Of a DNA stretch of 64,000 nt, positions 11,513 to 24,829 are shown one piece after another. Within the stretch, counting starts at the first letter, position 1. Each line of letters starts with the position of its first letter. Source of the DNA: Octopus bimaculoides (Eukaryota); contig NC_068981.1 of assembly GCF_001194135.2 (NCBI RefSeq), positions 193,027,805-193,091,804 on the forward strand, read 5' to 3'. The notes below the pieces were generated by a model. That model did not search any database, was not told the origin of the DNA, and saw only the letters and a list, made by a program, of their open reading frames with translations. The translations under genes and the position numbers were made by a program.

Positions 11513-11610
11513 CTTCTTCGTTCTGCCTTCCCAGTTATGGCTGTGTCAGCATGGTCATCCATCAGTTCACTCTAGCAGCATACAGGGATTAGCCTGCAGT
11601 TTGTGAGTAA
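11513..11610 (-). CDS. Candidate 98-nt exon of an unidentified host gene (possible first coding exon, MDDHADTAITGKAERR)
   Basis: Minus strand: acceptor ttttgtttgttacag|, donor aag|gtaaat, ATG at 11562 open to the donor; GC-richer non-repeat island. No homology recognised. Confidence 0.3.
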
Positions 11611-12069
11611 CTGTAACAAACAAAACCAACATTGAATCAAGAAGCCAACATAACATTTGATGAAAGGAATATTAAACTTCTAATTAGAAAAAATAATGTG
11701 TTGTGATAAAAGACACCATTTAATTTAATGACTCATATCATTTAATTATCAAGACAAATATGGGAGACAACTCTGGACCTGTTTTGGTTGGTCTTACTAT
11801 GACCTCATTAGTGGAATATAAATTTACATCAGCTATAGTTTTTTTATATTTTTTTTACTGATTTCAGTCAATAGACAGGATATATTGTGTATGTATGTAT
11901 GTATGTATGTATGTATACACACATACATACATGCATTATTCAGTTTTATTTTGAGATTTCTTGCCAATAGAAAAAGAGTCAGTTTCTAACCTGGATCCAA
12001 GGTTCGTTCATTGGAATTTCATGATCAACAACAGGGTACTTTTGTTTGTTTGTATGTATGTATGTATGT

Positions 12070-12770
12070 ATGTATGAATAGGGAACAGAGTCAAAGGCTT
12101 TCTTGTAGTCTAGCCACATTGAAACTAAGTTCCTCCTATGCTCTCCCACCTCTGACATCACACATCACAGTTTTGTTGATTAACAATTGCTCAGCATATC
12201 CCCAGACTCCCTTCTTCCCAGCTGCTTGTTCTGCTGTGATGATGTTATTGCTTTCACAATGGACCTGGAGGAAGAGGTTTAAACATACTGTATATATCTT
12301 ATATATTACATTCTGACATGCAATTGGCTGGTAGTTTTTTGCCATGTGGGTGGCTCTGCATTTGAGGGTCAATTTGCCTCTGTCGGAACTAACTAGTGTG
12401 GTATGCTACTGTTCCCACCAAGAGCCTGCTGGTACAGATCGATGAGGGTTAAGCATGCTGTTCCAATTGAAAGCTTGTTGGTACAGATTGATAAGATATG
12501 GTTGGTAGAAGGTTAGCTTCTTGTACCAATATCCATCAATCAAGTCTCTTCCAGGTGCTTTCCCATCCTGGAGTTTCTGGATCACAGTTAAAGGGTATCA
12601 CCATCAATGCTGTATGTCTTGGATGTAATGCAAGAGCAATAACTTCTTTGGATTTCTTCCAGCCACAGAGCATCTGGGTTAAACTCCTTTCCTTTCACTC
12701 CAGGTTTTCCTCCAGAAGGAGTCTATAGTCTTCTCGGGAAAGAGCTTGTGTGATGTTCATTGCTCTTCCT
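12070..12770 (-). mobile_element. R4/Dong-like RLE non-LTR retrotransposon, RT N-terminal fragment
   Basis: KNYQPIACQNVIYKIYT..EQAAGKKGVWG..EQLLINK..RRNLVSMWLDYKKAFDSVP. Confidence 0.85.
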
Positions 12771-13864
12771 TTAACTCAAATCAACTTTTATAATTTTGGC
12801 ACTTTTTAAAAGTGTTTTTAGGTGGTTTTAGAGCAAAAGCTGAATTTTTGTTTTTAATATGATAAAAATCAATGTTAATGGTTTATTGATAACTTCCGTG
12901 GCATTAGAAAATAATTAACTGATTAACGGTCATTGAAATTAACTTTTTGGTTAACAGATTAACAGTTAACAAAGTTAACTTTTTGATTAACGGTGTCCAC
13001 CTTTACTGTTTTCCTATATCAGTTGTGCTGGATTTTGTTTTAGCCTGCAATTGTCACTGAGTAGTTGCTATTGACAAAGTCTAAACATGCATCAAGCATT
13101 TGCACTACTTCTGCTGGACGGTTTCCATCTGATGCTGATATATTTTCGTGTTTTTGAATACAGTAAGTCTATAAAAGATATTGTCTCTAGATGAATACTG
13201 CAGTCAGTTTGCCTTTTGGGATGTATTTGCATTAAGTCTAACACTGATAGCTTCTTTAATCTAATACTGCTGCTGTTGCATAACATACATACATACATAC
13301 ATACATACACATAAATCTTTTAAATTTGTTTATGGAAAACGTTTTGAATATGTAAATAGAGCTCCTTTTCCATTATGCTGGCCACATTTTTGTTAGGGTT
13401 GCATTGAGCTGTACTGATATAAGGTAGGATAAATATAGTAATAATAACAATAATCCTTGGATGGAATTTATAAACTTTTAATGCACTGCTATGCATGTTT
13501 CCACAAATCACATGTCTCTTAAGATCACAGTCTGTATTCCTGGGATGATCACAGAGTAGTCCATAGTATCCATGGGCATCAGGTTGATCACCATCATCGA
13601 TTCATTTCTCTTTTTATTACATCTTCAATACAATAACTCTTTTATCTATTTAAATTAGTTGGTATAAAAGAAGTCATTGTTTAAATTAACTGATAATAAT
13701 CTTCTATATTTATTATTTTCTCGGAGGAATAATTCCGCAGTAGATATGAATAGAAACCTGATGAAAATTTCTCTCTGTGTTTACATAATCTATCGCAGGG
13801 AGAAATCCGTAATTACTGCTAATATGGACTTAAGACTGTATATGTGATAACCAAAATACCCCAT

Positions 13865-14010
13865 ATCATCATCATCATCATCGTTTAATGTCTGTTTTCC
13901 ATGCTGGCATGGTTTGGACGGTTTGACTGAGGACTGGTGAGCCAGAGGCTGCACCAGGCTCCAATCTAATCTGGCAAAGTTTCTACAGCTGGATGCCCTT
14001 CCTAATGCCA
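13865..14010 (-). mobile_element. RTE 3' UTR end
   Basis: (CAT)n-cgtttaatgtc..ccatgctggcatgg..tttctacagctggatgcccttcct. Confidence 0.85.
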
Positions 14011-14021
14011 GTATATATATA

Positions 14022-14052
<31 letters not shown>

Positions 14053-14057
14053 GTATA

Positions 14058-14126
<69 letters not shown>

Positions 14127-14558
14127 NNNNNNNNNNNNNNNNNNNNNTTTTCCTCAGTCGAGTTCCAGATTATCTTTGCAATTTTGGCTGGTTATACTCA
14201 AGATTGCTCCAATATATATTAGGCTACAGCACTGGAAATCAAATTTACTAATTTTTGAGGGAGATTTGAAATTACTTAAATAGTGATTGTTATTCGCACA
14301 CCATGGAAGGGAGAATTTAGTGAATCGATATTATGTTATGTCATATATTATATTCATAGTATTTAATGTAATATTATAATATAAATAAATTATTGGATTG
14401 TCAATAGAGTATCTCTATAGATTGTCAATAGAGTATCTCTATAATTTATCTTTATAATTGAATTATACCAATATTTATATGGTATCCAACTGACATACTA
14501 GTGAATTGGATATTTAACATACCCCTTTGAAGGATTTCTTTTCATCAGTTTGTTACTT

Positions 14559-14591
<33 letters not shown>

Positions 14592-14944
14592 TGTATGTAC
14601 ATACACACACACTCCACCCTGTTGGTAACTTTACCCATGATGTTAGTTGCATAAGAGAAGTGAAACTTAAGGGTTCACTGAAAAAACTTATTATGATTTT
14701 GACCCTCCACCAAAATATTTCTTTTTCCACCTCAAAACGAGATGCTTTGATCTCAAATGATGTCAAAATAATATCACTTGAAAAGCAAAAGATGGGGGTG
14801 AGAAACTATAAAGTAATATATATCATAAATGTTAAAGAACAATATTAGCAACTGAACAACAGTTGGAGCCTAATCTGTAACTGTTGCTGGTAGGCAGCCA
14901 AAAAGGAGTGCAGCATTTCTGATAGAAATTTTTGCTTTATTTAT

Positions 14945-15190
14945 CATCATCATAATTATCATTTACCATTCACTTTTTCATGCATGAGTCAGATGACATT
15001 TGTTGTGAGTGATTTTCTATGGCAGGATGCCCTCCCTGTCACCAACACTTATGTTTCCAAGCAAAGGTAATATTTCCCCATGACCAGATGTATTTTTTCA
15101 TGAAAGATTGGAAATGAACAACATTGCTTGTATGACAGTGATGATGTCCATTTACAACCATCTCATGATGTCAAGACAAGGATGCACTCA
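14945..15190 (-). mobile_element. Related (GAT)n-tailed dispersed repeat (different body)
   Basis: Shares gattttctatgg..gg..caaggtaatatttccccatg..ggaaatg with 16590-16750. Confidence 0.6.
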
Positions 15191-15651
15191 GATGCACACA
15201 CACATACACATGCACACATACATACACACACATATATACACACACATACACACACAAATTATTCTGTTCTGTGGTATACTGATATTTGCTCTTAGGTAAC
15301 ATGGTGCAATGTGATGATTTGAGAGGTTCTCTGGTCAATGTTGCATTTTACCCTATCTTCTTGATGCTGCACTTCATACATACCTGCCTGTACTTTGTTA
15401 CAATGTAACAAAACCTCTTAATGAATTTATCCTAGTGTTATTGTATAATCCATTCATTGAGCACTCATTTTCATTGTTCAACATTTACGTATATATGAGT
15501 TAAAATAATAAAAAAAGAACAGTAATAAATGAATGAAGAAAAAATATACAGTGTGTGTGTGTTTATTTGGCAAATAAAAAAAAATGACCATCCTGAAATG
15601 CAACATCTGTTTCAACACATGATTTCACATCAGGAATCTTGCAACGCGAAT

Positions 15652-15705
<54 letters not shown>

Positions 15706-15756
15706 GTATGTATATATACATATAAAGTCAGAGTACAATATGTACCTGTGTGTTTG

Positions 15757-16129
15757 AAAACTCTCCAAAACCATGTATCTCTCACTATATGTAAACTCAT
15801 AGAGAGAATGTAGCAAATACATTTAGAAAAACGGTCATCCCAATTTGTAAAACTACAAAGAGAAGGGTAGATATCCCAGTATCGACTGATTATGCTGTCT
15901 GTGCCGAACTGATACTTAAAGCCCATCAGCTAGGTTTACTACGTAAGCTATTTAAAAAAATATATTTACCTCTGTGTGTGCATCTGTTCAGCTAAAGGCC
16001 CCTTGACTTCCAAATGAACATTAGCAAGCAAGTATAAATCAAAATTCAAATAAATTTTTCTAAATGTATTTGCTACATTCTATGTGTGTGTTTACATTTA
16101 GTGAGAGATGTGTGGTTTGGGAGAGTTTT
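15757..16129. mobile_element. Unclassified foldback/MITE-like element with ~75-bp terminal inverted repeats
   Basis: 15757-15831 is an inverted repeat of 16055-16129, including exact agaatgtagcaaatacatttagaaaaa. Confidence 0.6.
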
Positions 16130-16518
16130 AACTCTTCTTTCTAGCAAACAGGTGCATATATATATTGTTTGTAAAAAACATAAATCTGAAAGAAGAAGCA
16201 CACTCTAAGATATAGAGTGGTATATATATTAAAAATGGGGAAGGCTTTTGAGATCTGACAATATGCCATAAAGCTAAACCCTTTATGAACGAGAAACCTA
16301 AGGTAATCCCATAAACCAGCCTTCCTCATTTTCGATATATCATCATCAGCAACATCGTTTAACGCCTGCTTTCCATGCTGGCATGGGTGGACTGGAGCAA
16401 CATGAAATCAAGTGTTTTTGCTCAAGTGACAATGTGTCACTAGGATTTGAACTCACAACCTTACAATTGTGTGCCAAATATCCTAACCACTAAGCCACCT
16501 GCCTTCACACGTACGCAT

Positions 16519-16569
<51 letters not shown>

Positions 16570-16739
16570 TATATAGTTATATTTTGTTGCCATTGTTTTA
16601 ACATCCATTCTTCCATGCTTGCATGGGTCAGTTTATCAAGGCAGATTTTCTATGGCCAGATACCTTTCCTCTCATCAACCCTACCTGTTTCCATGCAAGG
16701 TAATATTTCCCCATGGCTAGACATGCTTTTGCAGGTTAC

Positions 16740-17095
16740 TGGAAATGTCGCCTTACTGGCGCTTGTGCCGGTGGCATGTTAGAAAAACATTCGAGCGAGG
16801 TTGTTGCCAGTGCTGCTGGACTGGCTCCTGTGCAGGCAGCATGTAAAAAACACCATTTTGAGCGTGGCCATTGCCAGTACCGCCTGACTGGCCCTCGTGC
16901 CGGTGGCACATAAAAACACCCACTACACTCTCAGAGTGGTTGGCGTTAGGAAGGGCATCCAGCTGTAGAAACTCTGCCAGATCAGATTGGAGCCTGGTGC
17001 AGCCTTCTGGTTCGCCAGTCCCCAGTCAAATTGTCCAACCCATGCTAGCATGGAAGGCGGACGTTAAACGATGATGATGATGATGATGATGATGA
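16740..17095 (+). mobile_element. RTE 3' UTR with ~2.5 modules
   Basis: ttgccagt recurs at 16804 and 16871; canonical end ggacgttaaacgatgatgat. Confidence 0.9.
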
Positions 17096-17799
17096 ATGAC
17101 TCTGCTCATTTGACAAGCATACATGCTTGCATATCATACAAGCACTGCCATTATTAACTCACTCCTTTTCTTCAAACTTGCTGGCCTTATACCTAAATTA
17201 AAGACAGTTATATGCTGATGTACATGATCACAAGTTTTGATATTTGAAACATATTTTAAAGATATTCTTAAATCGTACTAATTTTCCCCTGAATTAAAAA
17301 CAGCAATCCTCATTCTTTTATCATGACTCATCTTATTTAATATCTTATTTTACCTTTTTATTCCATTTTGTTTTTATAAAAGCCTGAGGGAGTATGGGTA
17401 TCAAAAGTACCAAAGAAGTTAGTTCCAGATGGGAATATATCTAATTGTGGCGTTGGTATGTTGATTTAGTCCATTAGAGATAACAGGAAAGTTAGAGAAA
17501 GGAAGAGACACCATATTGTTCATTATTTTACAAACAAATCTAAAGGCTCTCCATCTAAGTTAAAAATCAATTAGGAGAAATGCATGAATGTCTCCCAATC
17601 CCAGCCCCACTAATCTAAAAATATATTTAGCCTTAGAGTTGATCTGAGGCTGAACAACAACAACAACAATACTTTGTCATACTTCAACAAAGACGGAAAT
17701 ATTGTCCTATCTCTCACTTATGAAAAAGTTTCTTTGATATCACTAAAAATAGCAACTAACTGTCCTTAAAATCACATCCCTACCCTGCCCCTGCTCATT

Positions 17800-18440
17800 C
17801 TGATTCATGTTGCTGAGAGTTGGGGACCATGGACACATTCACCATCTCTTTCCATTGATTCCTGCCTCTGTTTTTGGTTGTGTATTCAGCTTAAGTTCAT
17901 GTCCATTCTTTAATGTCATCCAGTCAACATCTTTTTGGTCTCTCTTCTTTGTTTCCTATTGACTTTTCTCTCTAGGATGTGGGTGCTGAATTTCTGGGCC
18001 CTGATGAACAAGTTCAAAATACTGCAGCTTCCTCTTCCTAAGAGATGTCAAAAATTCACTTTCTATTCCTATTTCTTCAAGTATTGACTCATTTGTTCAA
18101 TGGTTAACCCAGCTGATCCTAAGTACTCCTCAGTAGCACATTGTTTCAAAAGCTTTGAGTTTTGCAGTGTTGTTTGCTCTTAGGGTCATGCTTACACATT
18201 TATAGAGTGCAACAGACCAATATTGTACCTTCAGGAATTTTCAATTTAATGTTCTTGTTAAGAGCTCTGTCTTTCCAAAATGTATCAAATGATTTTAAGA
18301 CTGATCTTGCAGCCTCAAATTGTGCTCTTAGTTCATAGCCTTCATCTCCTGATTGTTCTATGAAAGCATCCAGATATTTGAACTTGGTGACTTATCCCAA
18401 TGTTACACCTTGGCATTAGACATTGAGTTGCTCTGGTGTT
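17800..18440 (-). mobile_element. Decayed RTE-type LINE fragment (different family)
   Basis: VTKFKYL..ARSVLKSFDTFWKDRALNKNIKLK..LDDIKEWT. A related fragment is at 53100-53340(-). Confidence 0.65.
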
Positions 18441-19323
18441 TTTAATCACTGCTATAACACATCCTAGCAACTTAAAAAAGGGACACATTAAATAATCTAA
18501 TCCGTTTTTTTTTATTACCCTGTCTTTTGTTCAGGAAGAAAGGGCAATCCTCATAACTTTTACATGGATTCTAAGGCTTTGTAGGATGGAAGAAAGGAGA
18601 CCTGGTCCTAGAATATTTGCCACGAAGTGGACTCTTTTGAAGACACTCAAAAACCAGATGGTGCGAAAATGGGTGATGGATTAAGTCCACGTATTTTCTG
18701 ATGAAAACAAACAAACAATTCATAATGTGAATATCTTTGATCATAGTTCTTCATCATAGTTGACCTGGTATTAAACAACAACAACAACTAAGAAGCTTCT
18801 TTCGGTATTCTTCTAATAAATCCACTTGGGAGGCTTTGGTTGGCCTGGGGCTAATTCTAATATTTATAAAATCTCCTTCAAATTACATCTTACTGTCTTA
18901 AAACGCATGGACTAATTAATTACAGTACATCTGAACAACACCATTCTACACACACACATACTCACAACCTCCAATAAAAAATGGAATTTTCACAGCTAGA
19001 AATGCCTATGATCATAGATCTGTTGCATCAGGACATACTGGGGGAAGAAGAAATAACATCACACAATGATACACAGATATAAGCTTGTTGGTACAAAAGT
19101 AGTTACTCTGATGTGCGACAGATTTGTTACAGCAGTAGCAACAGTAGGCTATAGAGAATGCAACCCAAACAGTTCAAAACTAGAATAGATTACTTTGATG
19201 TGAGGTGGATGATATAAAGGTAATCATTTCCTAACGACAATAATATTGTTCAAGGCTTAACCATGATAACCAACCTTTAGTTCAGTCTGCTGTAGGAATC
19301 AGTATTATTGGAAGCATCTAACT

Positions 19324-19575
19324 TAGTGATTCTCAACTGGAGTTCATATGACCCTTTGGGGTCCATATAAGATTTTGTTGTTAAAACTTGTGCGCAATAA
19401 ATTGGTTATATTTCTACAATACACCAAATATTTTAACAATTTTTTAATACAATATCTAATAATATATAATCATAAAAATACAATAGGATTCTTTAAACAT
19501 CATGGCTATGAGAGTCCATCCAAATAAAATGGAAATCAAAGGAGTCCATAGTTAAATAATGGTTGAGAACCACTG
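19324..19575. mobile_element. hAT (Charlie-type) MITE
   Basis: TIRs (c/t)agtgattctcaac / gttgagaaccactg; right flank atctagac fits the NTCTAGAN target; left TSD is decayed. Confidence 0.7.
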
Positions 19576-19721
19576 ATCTAGACTTTAGTTCCAATTTCCC
19601 TCTCTTTTATACATACATACATACACACATACGTACATACATACATACATCTTTCTCTTCTTTAATTTCTCCCCCTGTTGTTTCTTGTCTTCTGTTCCTT
19701 TTATTACCATTCTCACTTACA

Positions 19722-20225
<504 letters not shown>

Positions 20226-21210
20226 CTTCCTCTGTTTCATTTGAACATCAACATCAAAGACTTCTAAATTCTTTAAAAATATCTGATATGAGACAAGTGT
20301 GAGGGGGAGAGAGTAAAGGAAAGGAGAGCGATAGACAGACAGACAGACAGATGGATAGATAGAGAGAGAGAAAGAGAGAGAGAGAGAGCTAGAGAGAAAT
20401 GCCTTAAGGAGAGAGAAAGGGAGATGAGAAATTGATCTCAGTATTTGATTGGTGCTTTAGGATGAAAGCTAAAGTTGATCTCAGTGGGATTTGAACTCAG
20501 AACATAATGCTGTCTGTAGGGCATTTCGATTTGGTGCTCTAATGACTTTGCTAATTCAATGTCTTTTGCTGAACTGAAGAGGCTGAAAAGAGATCTTTGA
20601 ACCATCTTTGATAGCACACAATAAAGGTGAGGGCAGATTGAATGTTGATTGTTTTTCAAAGATTGGTGAGATGAACTACAGTTAAGTATTTCAGTGTTGA
20701 AATGTCTGTTAGCCAACCAAACACTTCCATTCTGAATCAGTGGTTGAAGACTAACTAAGCACTTTGGATGAGGTATTATGAATATTAAATAGTAACTCAT
20801 GATGATATCACATAGTGAATGTATTCTGTATTAAACAATGAGACATTTTGTTAGAAATAATAATATTTGTATTACATAAATTTCTACATCTACGTTTTCA
20901 ATTACTTCTTTAAATATCAGCTGTAGTCCCATGGTTCTGGATTTGCTTTTATTGACATGTGATCCACTCACAGCAACAGGCAGGATATCTCCTTTTTATA
21001 TTTATGAGAGTATGTTATCAATTCTCTCATCACTACTTCTGTAAGTTCAATGAAGTCTATAGTTTACTGAGGAAATCAAATAACAACAAAAGATACTCAG
21101 AGTTATCTCCCATACATTCTCAAAACGACTCAAAACAATGTTCATCGATGACTAATGTATATTCTCCATTTTTTTCTCAAGTTAATCTTTTAGTGTTCCC
21201 CATATTTGGG

Positions 21211-22246
21211 AAAGTATAAACCACAAAATTCCTGTTAAGTGACAAAAGACAGGAGAAGGAAGTTTTTTAATCATATAACACAACACAATTACATCTTACT
21301 TCAAGTGAATGTGGTCACGCATGGAAAAACTCTAAGAAAAAGAAGAGATGGTGAAAGATGGGGAGTTAAGCTGCATCAGGGAAAAGGCAGGAAAGAAGAG
21401 TGCAGAAAGCTTGAGGTTTGATATGGCCAAGAAAGAAGGAAGAAAGAGGTTATTTTCTTGTTGCTATGCACATATGAGGTGTATAGGTCATGGATTTAAG
21501 GTTAAACTTCATTCTGGAAATAATTCTATGATATTTTCCCAGCCTTTGTTGTTCTTTCCGTCATTCTAAAGAAATGTAAGCAACACGTGATTTATCAATG
21601 GTATTAGTTTAAATACAACAATAAAACCAACTAACGAAAGAAGTTTTGCGCAGAATTCTTCAAATATATATATATAATGTATTCTTCTCTCAAGTTGTTC
21701 TGACACTGTTGCTATAGTTACTGTCTAGAAGGAAATAAAAAATTTTATAGCCAAGAACCATTCTTTGAAACTGATGTTTGCAAAGTTATAGCTCACAATA
21801 ACTTACTCGAACAAAAATATGTTTACTACACATACACACACACATGCGTGCGCATGCACACACACACAAACACAAACTGTTTTATTTCTTCCTTGACACA
21901 AGAGAAATTCTAAATATTTAGATAAAAACAGCAACTGTTGTTTTGTTGTTGTTGCTGCTACTGTGGCTGTTGTTGTTGCTATTGTTGTTTAACCCTAATT
22001 CAGTCCTGATCCAGTTGACATGTGGTCAAATATGCTTCAGTTGTGACTACTTCCTCTTTAGTTTCGGACAACATTATTCAGTGTGTGAAAGCACATAGGC
22101 CTAGTGGTTAGGGTGTCTGGTTCATGATTGCAAACTCTTGAGTTCCATTCCTGGATCAGGAAGCTCATTGTATCTTTAAGTAAGGCATTTCATTTTACAT
22201 TGCTCTAGTTTGTTCAGCTGAAAATAAACACCAGTTGAGTATTGGA

Positions 22247-22301
<55 letters not shown>

Positions 22302-22392
22302 NNNNNNNNNNNNNNNNNNNNNNNNNNNNNNNNNNNNNNNNNNNNNNNNNNNNNNNNNNNNNNNNNNNNNNNNNNNNNNNNNNNNNNNNNNN

Positions 22393-22437
<45 letters not shown>

Positions 22438-23079
22438 GCTGTCACATTCTGGAGGTTGCATTGGATCAATCTTTGGAAGAGTCAAGATGGTGTCTTTGTG
22501 TGCAGTGATTACATAGACACTTAAAACAGTTACTGAAAGCATGGTATATGTTACCAAGCCATATGCATTTATGTTTGATGGTTGGTTCTTTATGCTGCCT
22601 AATTTATGTACCTTTAGTACTGAGTCCAACATTTCTTCAAAGAGCAGCTATTACTACTTTCACTTCTGAAGTCCACTTTTCTTTATCAAGCCTAACAAAC
22701 GATAAACTCTTTGATACTGTAAGGCTGCAGACCACCATTTTCCTTATGGTTCACAGGAATTATTTCCAGAATGAAGTTTAACCTTAAATCCATGACCTAT
22801 ACACCTCATATGTGCATAGCAACAAGAAAATAACCTCTTTCTTCCTTCTTTCTTGGTCATATCAAACCTCAAGCTTTCTGCTCTCGTCTTTCCTGCCTTT
22901 TCCCTGATGCAACTCAACTTCCCATCCTTCATCATCTACCTGTACTTATTTTTCTGAGAGTTCTTCTATGTGTGATCACATTCACTTGAAGTAAGATGTA
23001 ACTGTGTTGTGTTATATGATTAAAAAACTTCATTCTCCTATCTTTTGTCACTTGACAGGAATTTTGTGGTTTATATTTT
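21211..23079. repeat. Dispersed inverted repeat pair (~320-bp arms)
   Basis: 21211-21526 versus reverse complement of 22757-23079; long exact stretches; the ORF track gives near-identical peptides on opposite strands. Confidence 0.93.
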
Positions 23080-23645
23080 AGTTCATGTATCACTCAACCA
23101 CATGACTAATCTGCTTCCCTCCACATTTCTATCCCATTGTGGGTCTGTGGCAAAGCTGACCTTTGAATTACATGTATAGTCTATCTAATATTATGATGTA
23201 AGAGGATGAGTATTTTATAAACACCTGTAATCTAATGTAATCCACAGGTACATACTCAACAAATGGCAAAGCTAGACATTTCTGAATAACAATTTACCAA
23301 GGATTCATTGTGTTTATGACAGACTTCATTCAGTGACCTTGTCATTTCTTAGCATCAGAGCCAATGCTGACTGAGCAGACCTAGGATTAAAGACATTCTA
23401 GTTCAGCTTATTTCATCTTTGAGGGGCTAACACAGGCTGTTTTATCTAATGTATCTTTTTCGTATTTAAGATCACAGAGTATGATTTCAGAGGGAGATTT
23501 ATCAGCTATTTCTAGCTGATTAAGTAACAATGTATAGGCTCCCTTACTGAGTCTGTTTATTAACATTAGAGTGAGATCAATGATGTATTGATTGACTGAT
23601 TGATTCTTTATGTTAACTATTAGCCACATTATTGCTGTATGTGGA

Positions 23646-23694
<49 letters not shown>

Positions 23695-24829
23695 TACATA
23701 CATACATACATACAGACAGACAGACAGATAGAAAGATAGATAGATAGAAAGATAGATAGATGGATAGATAGATAGATAGATGGATAGATAGATAGATAGA
23801 TAGATGGATGGATGGATGGATGGATGGATGGATAGATGGATGGATGGATAGATGGATAAATAGATAGATAGTGAAGGAGAAAGATAAAAAATGTGAATGA
23901 GAGGGAGGCGGAGCAGGGTTGCCAGATTAAGTTACAAGTGATAGATTACACTACTTTGTAGTATTGTCCATTTCTATTCTCCTTTTAAATGAGGGTTACC
24001 TGCTATTCTAGAATTTTAATTTTTAAATGCAAAAGTCTTATTAAATTATCAATTAAATTACCAATTAAATTATCAGTTAAACTTGAACTGACCCACAGGC
24101 AAATATTGTTTTTTTTTTAAATTTATGAACAAAATGATCTTTTTTAGGTTAGTTATTTAATTTGCTACAATTTGAAAAATTTGAGCTACTTTTTATGAAA
24201 CTAAACTAGCAACCCCTGGATTGGTAATCCTCTGAGTGCTCTTACTGAGGATGGAAACTAAATGTGGTTTTGTGTTAACTGAAAAGTCTTTCATTGAAGC
24301 AACAACGTAATAGAAGTTAACGTTATAAGTGATGTAGGTGGTTGACCTTAACGGAGGTGAGTAATTGCTGCAACTTGATTCCTAACTGATGAAAAAATGG
24401 CTCTTTACTGAAATAAATAGCATTTTTATAGCAGGTTTCTCATGGCGTATGATGAGTCTGTTTATTATACAAAACGTTTTAAAACATTCTCTCCTTACCT
24501 CTGTACACCTTTCATTTTAGTTTTTGCCCACACACAAATACACCAACAGCTTTCTCTGTTTTTCTCTCTCCCACCATCATCTCTCTCTTTCACCCTCATT
24601 CTCTCTGTCCTCATATNNNNNNNNNNNNNNNNNNNNNNNNNNNNNNNNNNNNNNNNNNNNNNNNNNNNNNNNNNNNNNNNNNNNNNNNNNNNNNNNNNNN
24701 NNNNNNNNNNNNNNNNTATATATATATATATATATATATGTATATTACATGTACGTGTGTGTGTGTGTATACAAACATGTATGTATACACCCCCACCATT
24801 TATATTTATACATAAATCTACAGAAGCAA

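Noticed and set aside
11572-11574. TAG just upstream of the candidate exon's ATG frame that A-to-I editing could convert to TGG
   Set aside because: Pure speculation without evidence that the exon is transcribed.
16755-16920. ~65-bp periodic repeats resembling a CRISPR array
   Set aside because: No unique spacers, only 2-3 units, embedded in a LINE 3' UTR in eukaryotic DNA, no cas genes.
23914-24218. Possible hAT element with cagggttgccag / ctagcaacccctg ends
   Set aside because: TIRs are imperfect and no TSD was found.
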